A DNA stretch of 44,254 bases from Pirellulales bacterium (GTDB lineage Bacteria; Planctomycetota; Planctomycetia; Pirellulales; UBA1268): contig JBBAVU010000004.1 of assembly GCA_040397565.1 (NCBI GenBank), forward strand, positions 1-44,254, read 5' to 3'. The notes under the pieces are model-generated. The model worked only from the letters and a program-made list of their open reading frames with translations. It did not search any database and was not told the DNA's origin. Positions 34,147-42,402 of this stretch are shown here, piece by piece. The position numbers and the translations under genes were made by a program. Each line of letters opens with the position of its first letter. Position 1 is the stretch's first letter.

Positions 34147-36516
34147 ATGCCTGTCTGCCGAAAACGCGTGACGATCGGCGGCATCGTGCAGGGGGTCGGC
34201 TTCCGGCCGTTCCTCTGGCGGCTCGCCGGCCGGCATGGTCTCGCCGGCTGCGTCGAGAACGGGCCGGCGGGCGTCGTGGCCGAGGTGCAGGGCGAGCATG
34301 CGTCGATCGATGCCTGGCTGGCATCGCTCCGCCGGGAAGCTCCGCCGCTGGCGGTCGTGCAGGCGGTCGATCTCGAGGATCTGCCGGTCGTTTGTGACGT
34401 GCCGCGTGGTTTCGTGATCCACGGCGCCATGGATGCGTCCGCCGCCCGCGCCTGCCTGCCCGACGGAGCCACGCCCGCGGTCGTGCCCCCCGATATCGCG
34501 ACGTGCCGAGCCTGTCTCGCCGACGTCGCCGATCCCGCGAACCGTCGCCACCGCTATGCGTTCACCAGCTGCACCGACTGCGGCCCGCGGTTCACGGTCA
34601 TCGAGGGGCTTCCCTACGACCGGCCACGGACGTCGATGCGTGGGTTCCCGCTGTGCGCCGAGTGCACGGCCGAGTATCACGACCCCGCCGACCGCCGGTT
34701 CCACGCGGAGGCGATCGCCTGCCCCGCCTGCGGCCCCACCTGCTGGTTCACGACCGCGGCCGACCCCGGCGGAATCCGACCCTCGCGGCCCGCGAACGGG
34801 CTGCTCGCCGACGCCGCAATCGCTGCCGCCCGCGAGCGATTCCTGGGGGGAGACATCCTCGCCGTCAAGGGACTCGGCGGCTTTCATCTCGTCTGCGACG
34901 CGACGAACGCCGATACCGTCTCGCGGCTCCGCCGTCGCAAGGGCCGCACTGGCAAGCCACTGGCCGTGATGGTGGCCGACGTCACGGCGGCCCGCTCGAT
35001 CGCGGACATCGACGAGCAGGGCCGCAAGCTCCTCGAGAGTCGCGAGCGGCCGATCGTGCTCGCGCGAAAACTCGCCCGCACATCAGACCTCGCCGAATCG
35101 GTCGCCCCCGGCAACGGCTTCGTCGGCCTCATGCTCCCCGCCTGGCCCCTGCAGCATCTTCTCTGCGCCGGCATGCCGCCGCTCGTGACGACCTCTGGCA
35201 ACCGGGCCGAGGAACCGATCGCCTTCGACAATCACGAAGCCGCAGCGAGACTCGGCGACCTCGCCGACGGTTTCCTCATGCACGACCGCCCGATCGTCGT
35301 TCCCTGCGACGACTCGGTGGTCCGCTGCGTCGTGGGCGCAGCGATGCCGATCCGTCGCTCCCGCGGCTTTACGGCGTTGCCGATTCGCCTCGGTGTCGCC
35401 GGCCCCTCGGTGCTCGCCGTCGGGGGCGAGCTCAAGGCGGCGATCTGCGTCGCCCACGGCGAGGAAGCGATCATGAGCCAGCACATCGGCGACATGGGGT
35501 CGCTCGAGACCTACGCATCGCTCGGGCGGGTGGCCGACCACCTGCTGGCGGTTCTTCACGCAGAGCCACAGGCCGTCGCCTGCGATCTCCATCCCAGCTA
35601 CGTCTCGACCGCCTGGGCGCGTCGCTTCGCCGACTCCAGGGGCATCCCGCTCGTCTCGATCCAGCACCACGAGGCGCACGTCGCGGCGGTCCTCGCCGAT
35701 CATGGAGCACTCGGGAGCCGGATCATCGGCGTCTGCTTCGACGGCACGGGCTTTGGGCGGGACGGCACGATCCAGGGGGGCGAGTTCCTCACGGTGATCG
35801 ACGGCTGCTTCCGTCGGGCCGCTCATCTCGATTCCTTTCCGCTGCCCGGCGGCGACGAGAGCATCCGCCACCCGTGGCGCTCGGCGATCGCGGTGCTGCA
35901 CGCCGCCGGCATCGACCGAGCCGACTCGCTGCCGCCGTGCACGCAGCCAACGGCGGCGGCCCGAAAGCTGCTTGAGCGGCAGCTCGCTCGGGGATTCACC
36001 TGCGTGGCCACGACGAGCATGGGCCGGCTCTTCGACGCCGTCGCCTCACTCGCCGGCGTGCGGCACTCGATCAGCTACGAGGCCGAGGCAGCCATGGCCC
36101 TCGAAGCGATCGCCGGCGAGGCCCGCGACCCGCGGGAGCCCTACGCCTTCCCGATCGCATCGCCTGCTGAAAGCGGCTCGCCGCTTCGGATCGACTGGCG
36201 GCAGGCGGTCGGCGCGATCGTCCGGGATCTGACCGCGGGCGTGCCACCCGCCGAGATCGCCGCCCGGTTTCACCACGGCATCGCCGACATGATCGCGTCG
36301 GTCTGCCGAAGGCTCCGCGACGAGACGGGCATCGCCGCCGTGGGCCTCACGGGAGGCGTCTTCCAGAACGCCGTGCTCGTCAGGCTCGCGGTCGATCGGC
36401 TGCGGGCCGACGGGTTCGACGTCCTGCTCCACGAGCGGGTGCCCCCCAACGACGGCGGCCTCGCCCTCGGGCAGGCCGTCATCGCCCGCCAAGCCTGCGC
36501 TCGGCGAGATAGGTGA
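34147..36516 (+). CDS. hypF: [NiFe]-hydrogenase maturation carbamoyltransferase HypF
   Basis: Acylphosphatase N-terminus (IGGIVQGVGFRPF), two zinc-finger pairs (CRAC..CTDCGPRFT, CAEC..CPACGP), a YrdC-like block (ILAVKGLGGFHL) and a Kae1-like C-terminus ending NDGGLALGQA. Confidence 0.92.
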   Translation: MPVCRKRVTIGGIVQGVGFRPFLWRLAGRHGLAGCVENGPAGVVAEVQGEHASIDAWLASLRREAPPLAVVQAVDLEDLPVVCDVPRGFVIHGAMDASAARACLPDGATPAVVPPDIATCRACLADVADPANRRHRYAFTSCTDCGPRFTVIEGLPYDRPRTSMRGFPLCAECTAEYHDPADRRFHAEAIACPACGPTCWFTTAADPGGIRPSRPANGLLADAAIAAARERFLGGDILAVKGLGGFHLVCDATNADTVSRLRRRKGRTGKPLAVMVADVTAARSIADIDEQGRKLLESRERPIVLARKLARTSDLAESVAPGNGFVGLMLPAWPLQHLLCAGMPPLVTTSGNRAEEPIAFDNHEAAARLGDLADGFLMHDRPIVVPCDDSVVRCVVGAAMPIRRSRGFTALPIRLGVAGPSVLAVGGELKAAICVAHGEEAIMSQHIGDMGSLETYASLGRVADHLLAVLHAEPQAVACDLHPSYVSTAWARRFADSRGIPLVSIQHHEAHVAAVLADHGALGSRIIGVCFDGTGFGRDGTIQGGEFLTVIDGCFRRAAHLDSFPLPGGDESIRHPWRSAIAVLHAAGIDRADSLPPCTQPTAAARKLLERQLARGFTCVATTSMGRLFDAVASLAGVRHSISYEAEAAMALEAIAGEARDPREPYAFPIASPAESGSPLRIDWRQAVGAIVRDLTAGVPPAEIAARFHHGIADMIASVCRRLRDETGIAAVGLTGGVFQNAVLVRLAVDRLRADGFDVLLHERVPPNDGGLALGQAVIARQACARRDR

Positions 36517-37162
36517 GCCACTCGTCGATCCCCTGCCCGGTCTTCGCCGAGGTCTCGAGGACGCGGATGCCGGGCCGCACGGCCTCGAGGTTCGCGACCG
36601 CAAGGTCGCGGTCGAACTCGCAGGCGGTCGCGAGGTCGATCTTCGTGATCGCCACGAGATCGGCCGTGTTGAAGAGGCCGGGGTATTTCAGCGGCTTGTC
36701 CTCCCCCTCCGTCACCGAGAGCATCGCGAGGCGGACCGACTCGCCGAGGTCCCAGCTCGTGGGGCAGACGAGGTTGCCGACGTTCTCGATGAAGAGGTAG
36801 TGCAGCCCGGCAAGATCCCAGCCGTCGAGGTGCGACTGCACCATCTCCGCCTCGAGGTGGCAGAGGCCGTGGGTCATGATCTGCCGCACGGGCACGCCGC
36901 TCCTCGCGAGCCGCCGGGCGTCGTTGTCGGTCTCGAGATCGCCGACGACGGCGGCGACGGGGATGCCGCGGCCGTGGAGCCGGGCGAGCGTCGCCTCGAG
37001 AAACGCCGTCTTGCCGGTGCCGGGGCTCGCCACGATGTTCACGACGACGACGCCCTGCGACTCGAACCGCCGCCGCATCGCACGGGCCGTCTCGTCGTTC
37101 TTCTTGAGGATTTTCGTACGGACCTCGAGGATCCGCGGCATCGGCGTGACGGGCTCGCTCAT
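36479..37162 (-). CDS. hypB: Hydrogenase nickel-incorporation GTPase HypB
   Basis: Starts MSEPVTP. P-loop SPGTGKT, the CH metal site GLCHLEA, ENVGNLVCP and TKIDL. It lacks a His-rich or CxxCGC N-terminus. The ATG overlaps the hypA stop as ATGA (37159-37162). The 3' end overlaps convergent hypF by 38 nt. Confidence 0.9.
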   Translation of the reverse strand: MSEPVTPMPRILEVRTKILKKNDETARAMRRRFESQGVVVVNIVASPGTGKTAFLEATLARLHGRGIPVAAVVGDLETDNDARRLARSGVPVRQIMTHGLCHLEAEMVQSHLDGWDLAGLHYLFIENVGNLVCPTSWDLGESVRLAMLSVTEGEDKPLKYPGLFNTADLVAITKIDLATACEFDRDLAVANLEAVRPGIRVLETSAKTGQGIDEWLTYLAERRLGGR

Positions 37163-37524
37163 GCGACGGCGTTCTCCACGGGCTCGATCTCGATCGATTC
37201 GACCTCGAGCTCGTTCCCGGCCCGGATGTCGCCGCTCGGGCGGCCACAGGTCGGGCAGGCGAGGCTGCCGATTCCCGCAAGCTCCCGCTCCCCGTCGCAC
37301 GACGCACACCGGATCGTGACCGGCACGACGACGACGCGGAGCTCGGCCCCGGCCAGCGGCGTGTCGGCGGTGGCGACCTCGAAGGCCGACCGCAGGGCCA
37401 CCTCGTGCACGCTCGCGAGCCTTCCCACGCGGACCGTCACGGCGACGACCCTCCCTCCGCCCGCCGCCGCAACCTCCTCGCGGGCGATCTCCACGATACT
37501 CGTCGCAATCGATAGCTCGTGCAT
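37159..37524 (-). CDS. hypA: Hydrogenase nickel-insertion protein HypA
   Basis: 121 aa starting MHELSIA, the canonical MHE Ni-binding N-terminus. Zinc motif CASC...CPTC. Directly coupled to hypB. Confidence 0.9.
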   Translation of the reverse strand: MHELSIATSIVEIAREEVAAAGGGRVVAVTVRVGRLASVHEVALRSAFEVATADTPLAGAELRVVVVPVTIRCASCDGERELAGIGSLACPTCGRPSGDIRAGNELEVESIEIEPVENAVA

Positions 37525-37573
37525 GGGGCTGCCGCCTGCGTTGGTGGACGCCATCAGTCTACGGCCGCGGCGA

Positions 37574-37981
37574 CTACGCCACCCAGAGCGACGTCTGCCG
37601 CGATCGACGGATGCGCGCATCATGCGTGGCCAAAGGCAGCCTGCCCGCGCGGGCCGTGGCCACGATGAGTCGATCGGCAGGATCCTGGTGAAAGGTCGCC
37701 GGCAGCCGATTCATCTCCGCGACGACGGCGGGTGTGATGGGGATTATCTCGACCGTGGCCGGTGAAGCGGCGATACGCAACCAATCCTCGAGGGCATCGT
37801 CGAGCCGCAGCCGATCGAGCTGCACGAGCATGGCAACCTCCCAGAGACTGATGTCGCAGAGGCGGGGCCGCTGACCGCTCGGAAGGTCGTCCAACACCGT
37901 GCGCTCGCGGGCAGAAAGCCGGGTATCGCCCAGCATCCACCAGACCCAGACGTGCGTGTCGAGGAGCGGCGACTTCGTCAT
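37574..37981 (-). CDS. vapC: PIN-domain toxin, VapC family
   Basis: 135 aa starting MTKSPLLDTHVWVWW. Conserved acidic positions: LLD-T, SLWE, DPADRLIVATA, THD. The ATG overlaps the antitoxin stop as ATGA (37978-37981). The upstream part of the 221-aa track ORF is non-coding-like. Confidence 0.8.
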   Translation of the reverse strand: MTKSPLLDTHVWVWWMLGDTRLSARERTVLDDLPSGQRPRLCDISLWEVAMLVQLDRLRLDDALEDWLRIAASPATVEIIPITPAVVAEMNRLPATFHQDPADRLIVATARAGRLPLATHDARIRRSRQTSLWVA

Positions 37982-38211
37982 CGCAAGACTTCGATCTCGG
38001 ACTCCTCGACGACACTTGCGAACGGGTCTCCCGTGAACGCTCCGCGCCCGCGAAGGGCGAGCCACGCCTTGTCGTCGCGTGCCGGCACCAGACGGGCCAC
38101 CGGCCGCCCTCGCTTGAGGATGACGAGTTCCTCGCCCGTTCGGCTGACCTCGTCGAGGAGCCGAAGGCAGCGGGCCTTGAAGGCAGAAGCATTGATCTTC
38201 ATGAGAACCAC
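37978..38211 (-). CDS. Phd/YefM-family antitoxin
   Basis: 74-77 aa: (MVL)MKINASAFKARCLRLLDEVSRTGEELVILKRGRPVARLVP. This is the typical Phd/YefM N-terminal fold with an acidic C-terminal tail. Start is GTG 38211 or ATG 38202. Confidence 0.75.
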   Translation of the reverse strand: MVLMKINASAFKARCLRLLDEVSRTGEELVILKRGRPVARLVPARDDKAWLALRGRGAFTGDPFASVVEESEIEVLR

Positions 38212-38212
38212 T

Positions 38213-38229
38213 GTACATGACTGGTGTAC
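38213..38229. promoter_or_regulatory. Inverted repeat GTACA-N7-TGTAC immediately upstream of the antitoxin gene (candidate TA operator)
   Basis: The sequence gtacatgactggtgtac is read directly. It lies 2-11 nt upstream of the candidate antitoxin starts, in the divergent gap shared with the endopeptidase-hypCDE operon. Confidence 0.3.
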
Positions 38230-38326
38230 GCGATGTCAAGGCTCCAGATCGGCATCCTCTGCTTCGGATTCACTCGCCTTCTCCTGCATGGGCAGCGGTA
38301 AACTTGGTTCTCCACGCGAGCCGCCA

Positions 38327-38848
38327 ATGGTTCCCAAAGCTTTCACCCCAGCCACTGCCCTGCCAAACGTGTGTCGAACGCTCGTCGTCGGCTGCGGCAG
38401 CATGCTCGGCGGAGACGACGCAGCCGGGCCGGAACTCATCCGCAGGCTCGCCACCCGCCCGCTCCCTCCGGGCGTGGCGTGCGTCGATGCGGGCACGTCC
38501 GGGTTCGAGGTCGTGCTGCGGATGCGGGGCGTGCCGGAGGTCATCGTCGTCGATGCCTGCGAGTCGGGCGATGAGCCGGGGGCGATCCACGAAGTCGACG
38601 GCGAGTCGCTCGATGCCTCGCCCGGCCCCGCGGGCGTGAGCATCCACAGGCTGCGGTGGGATCAGGCGATCGCCCTCTCCCGGCCGCTCTTTGGCGACGC
38701 GTCGCCGCGACTCACCGCTTTCCTCGTCGAGGGCTGCCGCTTCACGCCCGGCGAAGGGCTCTCGCCAGAGGTCGACCGGGCGGTCGACCGGCTCGTCGAT
38801 CTCATCGCTGAGCGGCTCGCACAGCTGGATGGTTGGGAGACTCGCTGA
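38327..38848 (+). CDS. [NiFe]-hydrogenase maturation endopeptidase (HyaD/HoxM/HoxW family)
   Basis: [16 protein letters not shown] matches the GxGNxxxxDDGxG motif; VVDAC and SIHRL supply the other metal ligands. The start is uncertain: ATG 38288, ATG 38327 or GTG 38369. Stop TGA 38846-38848 shares one base with the hypC ATG. Confidence 0.8.
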   Translation: MVPKAFTPATALPNVCRTLVVGCGSMLGGDDAAGPELIRRLATRPLPPGVACVDAGTSGFEVVLRMRGVPEVIVVDACESGDEPGAIHEVDGESLDASPGPAGVSIHRLRWDQAIALSRPLFGDASPRLTAFLVEGCRFTPGEGLSPEVDRAVDRLVDLIAERLAQLDGWETR

Positions 38849-39099
38849 TGTGCCTCGCCGTTCCGGGACGGGTCGAGTCGATCCACGAGGACCGCGGCCT
38901 CCGCATGGGCCGCGTGGACTTCGGCGGCGTCGTGAAGGAGGTCTGCCTCGCCTACCTGCCGGAGCTCGCCGTCGGCGACTACGCGATCGTGCACGTCGGC
39001 TTCGCGATCTCGAAAATCGACGAGGCCACGGCCCGAGAGACGCTCCGCACGCTCGAAGCGATCGGAGAGCTCGAGGAGATCGGGGCGATCGAGCCATGA
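38848..39099 (+). CDS. hypC: Hydrogenase assembly chaperone HypC
   Basis: Starts MCLAVPGRV, with the essential Cys2. I therefore chose the ATG at 38848 rather than the track start at 38833. The stop overlaps the hypD ATG as ATGA. Confidence 0.9.
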   Translation: MCLAVPGRVESIHEDRGLRMGRVDFGGVVKEVCLAYLPELAVGDYAIVHVGFAISKIDEATARETLRTLEAIGELEEIGAIEP

Positions 39100-40202
39100 A
39101 GCATCTCGCCGAATACCGCGACGCGGAGGGGGCCCGCAGGCTCGCGGCGGAGATCGACCGGATCACGACCCGCTCCTGGGCGATCATGGAGGTCTGCGGC
39201 GGCCAGACCCATTCGATCCGGCGAAATGGCATCGACCAGCTGCTGCCGCACGGACACGACCGTGGCGTCGAGATGATCCACGGGCCCGGCTGCCCGGTCT
39301 GCGTGACGCCGATCGAGGTGATCGATCGGGCGGTGGCGATCGCCCGCCGACCAGGAGTGATCTTCTGCTCCTACGGCGACATGCTCCGCGTGCCGGGATC
39401 GCAGGGGGATCTCCTCGAGGCGAAAGCCGCCGGGGCCGACGTGCGGGTCGTCTACTCGCCGCTCGACGCCGTGAAGCTCGCGGAACTCCATCCAGACCGC
39501 GAGGTCGTGTTCCTCGCGATCGGCTTCGAGACGACCGCCCCGGCGAACGCGATGGCCGTGAAGCTGGCGAAGACGCGGGGCATCCCCAACTTCTCGATGC
39601 TCGTCTCACACGTGCTCGTTCCGCCGGCGATTCACGCAATCATGGAAAGCCCCGGTTGCCGCGTGAACGCGTTCCTCGCGGCCGGCCACGTCTGCAGCGT
39701 CATGGGAACCCGGCAGTACCCGGCGATCGCGGAGCGGTTCCGGGTGCCGATCGTGATCACCGGCTTCGAGCCGCTCGACCTGCTCGAGGGGATTCGCCGC
39801 GCCGTCGTGCAGTTGGAGGCGGGACGGGCGGAGGTGGAAAACGCCTACCCGCGGGTCGTGACCGAAGGAGGCAACGAGCAGGCAATGGCGGTGATCGCAG
39901 AGGTGTTCGCCGCGACCGACCGCACCTGGCGCGGCATCGGCACGATCCCCGCGAGCGGCTGGAGGCTCTCGGAGAACTACCGCGCGTTCGACGCGGAGGA
40001 GCGGTTCGACGTCGGCGCGATCGAGGGCCGCGAGTCGCCGCTGTGCCGCGCGGGCGACGTGCTCAAGGGCTCGCTCAAGCCGAACGAGTGCCCCGCCTTC
40101 GGCAGGGAGTGCACGCCACGGACGCCCCTCGGTGCGACGATGGTGTCGGGCGAAGGGGCGTGCGCGGCCTACTACCACTACGGCATCGCTCCGCATGGCT
40201 GA
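39096..40202 (+). CDS. hypD: Hydrogenase maturation Fe-S protein HypD
   Basis: Starts MKHLAEYRD. Motifs [19 protein letters not shown] and the C-terminal Cys cluster. The upstream 135 aa of the 503-aa track ORF overlap the endopeptidase and hypC genes in another frame. Confidence 0.92.
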   Translation: MKHLAEYRDAEGARRLAAEIDRITTRSWAIMEVCGGQTHSIRRNGIDQLLPHGHDRGVEMIHGPGCPVCVTPIEVIDRAVAIARRPGVIFCSYGDMLRVPGSQGDLLEAKAAGADVRVVYSPLDAVKLAELHPDREVVFLAIGFETTAPANAMAVKLAKTRGIPNFSMLVSHVLVPPAIHAIMESPGCRVNAFLAAGHVCSVMGTRQYPAIAERFRVPIVITGFEPLDLLEGIRRAVVQLEAGRAEVENAYPRVVTEGGNEQAMAVIAEVFAATDRTWRGIGTIPASGWRLSENYRAFDAEERFDVGAIEGRESPLCRAGDVLKGSLKPNECPAFGRECTPRTPLGATMVSGEGACAAYYHYGIAPHG

Positions 40203-41271
40203 ATATCCGGCCGACGCTGCCGGCTTCTCCTGCCCGACGCCGCTTCGCGACCACGAGCATGTGACGCTCGCGCACGGTGGCGGGGGCCTGCTCTCCCGGG
40301 AGCTCGTCGAGCGGATCTTCCTGCCGGCCTTCTCGAACCCGATTCTCGCGGAGCTCGGCGATGCGGCTGTCCTCGACGTCGCGGAAGCGGTCGCGGGTGG
40401 CGGACGCCTGGCCGTCTCCATCGACGCCCACGTCGTGCGGCCGCTCTTCTTTCCGGGCGGCTCGATCGGTGAGCTGGCCGTGAACGGCACGGTGAACGAC
40501 CTCGCGATGAGCGGTGCGACGCCGATCGCGCTTACGGCGGCGTTCATCATCGAGGAGGGCCTTCCGCTGGCCGACCTTGCCGCCGTCGTCGATCGCATGG
40601 CCGCGGCGGCCCGCAGAGCGGGCGTGCGGATCGTCGCCGGCGACACGAAGGTCGTCGAGCGGGGAAGCGGCCACGGCCTCTCGATCACGACGTCGGGCGT
40701 GGGCGTCGTGCCTGGAACGTCTCAGCTCGGCCACGCACCATCCCGATCAGGCGACATCGTGCTCGTCAGCGGCACGATCGGCGACCACGGCATGGCCGTG
40801 ATGAGCGTCCGCGAGGATCTCGGGTTCGACGCGGCGATCGAGAGCGATTCCGCCCCGCTCACCGGCCTCGTGCAGGCGATCCTCGCCGCCTGCCCGAATG
40901 TCCGGCTGCTCCGCGACCCGACCCGCGGCGGCGTGGCCGCGAGCCTCAACGAGATCGCGGAGAGTGCGAAGGTCGGCGTCGAGATCGACGAGGCCACGAT
41001 TCCCGTCGATCCCGCCGTGGCCGCCGCCTGCGAACTGCTCGGGCTCGATCCCCTGCTCGTGGCGAACGAAGGGAAGCTGCTCGCGATCGTGCCGCAGGAA
41101 TCCGCCGCAGCAGTGCTCGCCGCGATGCGGTCGCACGAACTCGGCCGCCGTGCCGCCGCGATCGGCCGCGTCGTCGCCGACCACCCCCGGGTCGTCGTGA
41201 TGCGGACGGCGATCGGCGGCAACCGCATCGTGGCGATGCCGGTCGGCGACCAACTGCCACGGATCTGCTGA
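40195..41271 (+). CDS. hypE: Hydrogenase maturation protein HypE (carbamoyl dehydratase)
   Basis: Starts [10 protein letters not shown]-synthase-like fold ([19 protein letters not shown]). It ends in PRIC, the conserved C-terminal Cys motif. Overlaps hypD by 8 nt. Confidence 0.9.
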   Translation: MAEYPADAAGFSCPTPLRDHEHVTLAHGGGGLLSRELVERIFLPAFSNPILAELGDAAVLDVAEAVAGGGRLAVSIDAHVVRPLFFPGGSIGELAVNGTVNDLAMSGATPIALTAAFIIEEGLPLADLAAVVDRMAAAARRAGVRIVAGDTKVVERGSGHGLSITTSGVGVVPGTSQLGHAPSRSGDIVLVSGTIGDHGMAVMSVREDLGFDAAIESDSAPLTGLVQAILAACPNVRLLRDPTRGGVAASLNEIAESAKVGVEIDEATIPVDPAVAAACELLGLDPLLVANEGKLLAIVPQESAAAVLAAMRSHELGRRAAAIGRVVADHPRVVVMRTAIGGNRIVAMPVGDQLPRIC

Positions 41272-41307
41272 TGAAAAGTGAATGCTCAATCGGAACCAGA
41301 GTTGACC

Positions 41308-41446
41308 GTTCGGGGCTGCCCGTGCCCAGGAGCCGGCGTATGCAGACAAGCGAAGCAAGGATTGCGGAGCGAAGTCTGCATCCGAGCGAGCGGAAGGCAG
41401 GATGCCTGCAGCGAGCGTCCGGCGATGGGCACGGGCAGCCCCGAAC
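41308..41446. repeat. Structured intergenic element closed by a perfect 20-bp inverted repeat (candidate ncRNA, processing site or bidirectional terminator)
   Basis: GTTCGGGGCTGCCCGTGCCC (41308-41327) is the exact reverse complement of GGGCACGGGCAGCCCCGAAC (41427-41446). The stem can extend with GCCGG/CCGGC after a small internal loop. Inner hairpins: ATGCAGAC/GTCTGCAT (41340-41347 with 41374-41381) and GCAGG/CCTGC. It lies between the convergent hypE and rnc genes. Confidence 0.6.
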
Positions 41447-41466
41447 CCAGCACGTTTGACGAACCG

Positions 41467-42213
41467 CTACGGCGCCACCGGTCCGCCGGTGATCTCGACG
41501 AGGGCGTTCGAGGCGGCCCGCTGCTCCGCCTCCTTCTTGTTGCGACCCCAGGCGGGGGAGTAGCGGGTGGAGCCGATCTGGGCGGAGACCTGGAAGGTCT
41601 TGCTGTGGTCGGGGCCTGCCTCGCCGACGACCTCGTAGGTCGGCGTCACGCCGAAATCCCGCTGCGAGAGCTGCTGGAGGATCGACTTGTGGTTCGAACC
41701 CTGGGCGCCGGAGGCGACGTTCACGATCTCCGGGGCCATGAAGCGGTCGATGAGCCGTTTCGCGGGCTCGAGGCCGCCGTCGAGGTAGATCGCAGCCACG
41801 AGTGACTCGAAAAGGTCCGAGAGCACCGACATCGGCACGGGCCGGTTCACGGCGAGCCCCTTGCCGACGATCAAGAAGTCGATGAGTCCGAGCTCGTCGC
41901 TGATCCGGCTGCACGTCTCCCGGCTCACGACGACCGACTTGATCCGCGTGAGGTCCCCCTCGAGCGACTCCGGGTAGAGCCGGTAGAGCGTCTCGCAGAC
42001 AACGAGCCCGAGAATGGCGTCGCCCAGAAACTCCAGACGCTCGTTCGAGGCGAGGCGGTGCTGGGCCCCCGAGGCATGCGTGATCGCGGCCACGAGGAGC
42101 GATTCGTCGCGAAACTCGTAGCCGATCCGTCGCTGGCACTCGGCCAGATCGACGCCGTGGGCCGGTCCTCCGGCCACTCCGCGGCCCGCAGTCGTGTCCT
42201 TTCGTGCTGCCAT
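41467..42213 (-). CDS. rnc: Ribonuclease III
   Basis: 248 aa starting MAARKDTT. It has the signature NERLEFLGDAILG, the second acidic cluster DLFESLVAAIYLDGG, and a C-terminal dsRBD (KSILQQL..GPDHSKTF..GRNKKEAEQRAA). The rest of the 844-aa track ORF is antisense to the HtrA gene. Confidence 0.92.
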   Translation of the reverse strand: MAARKDTTAGRGVAGGPAHGVDLAECQRRIGYEFRDESLLVAAITHASGAQHRLASNERLEFLGDAILGLVVCETLYRLYPESLEGDLTRIKSVVVSRETCSRISDELGLIDFLIVGKGLAVNRPVPMSVLSDLFESLVAAIYLDGGLEPAKRLIDRFMAPEIVNVASGAQGSNHKSILQQLSQRDFGVTPTYEVVGEAGPDHSKTFQVSAQIGSTRYSPAWGRNKKEAEQRAASNALVEITGGPVAP

Positions 42214-42402
42214 CCTGCGGTTTTCCCTCGCCTGCCGACCCTGCGTCGGGCCCAGGAAACAGTACGGGCCATTTTCCCCGGCTGTCAACGCGCCCGGCCG
42301 CGGCTCGAACGGGCCGCCACCCGCCCCTTCGAACACCCGCCGGACCTCCTGCGTACCAACCCCTGTGCGTACAATCGTCGCACGAAAGGGAGGATTTCTT
42401 TC

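Noticed and set aside
36479-37162. HypB lacking a His-rich or CxxCGC N-terminal nickel-storage region, considered as an anomaly
   Set aside because: Many HypB orthologues lack these N-terminal extensions. The GTPase and CH metal-site motifs are intact, so this is normal family variation.
41308-41446. The inverted-repeat element interpreted as a MITE or transposon remnant
   Set aside because: I see no flanking direct repeat (target-site duplication), no transposase anywhere in the window and no second copy of the 20-mer within the 44 kb. This cannot be excluded without a genome-wide copy count, so the element is kept as a finding under a neutral description.
42370-42375. TACAAT hexamer ~28 nt upstream of the HtrA-family start as a -10 box, and TATAGT at 34070-34075 upstream of hypF
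   Set aside because: Neither has a convincing -35 partner at proper spacing. Planctomycete promoter consensus is poorly known, so both are too weak to call as features.
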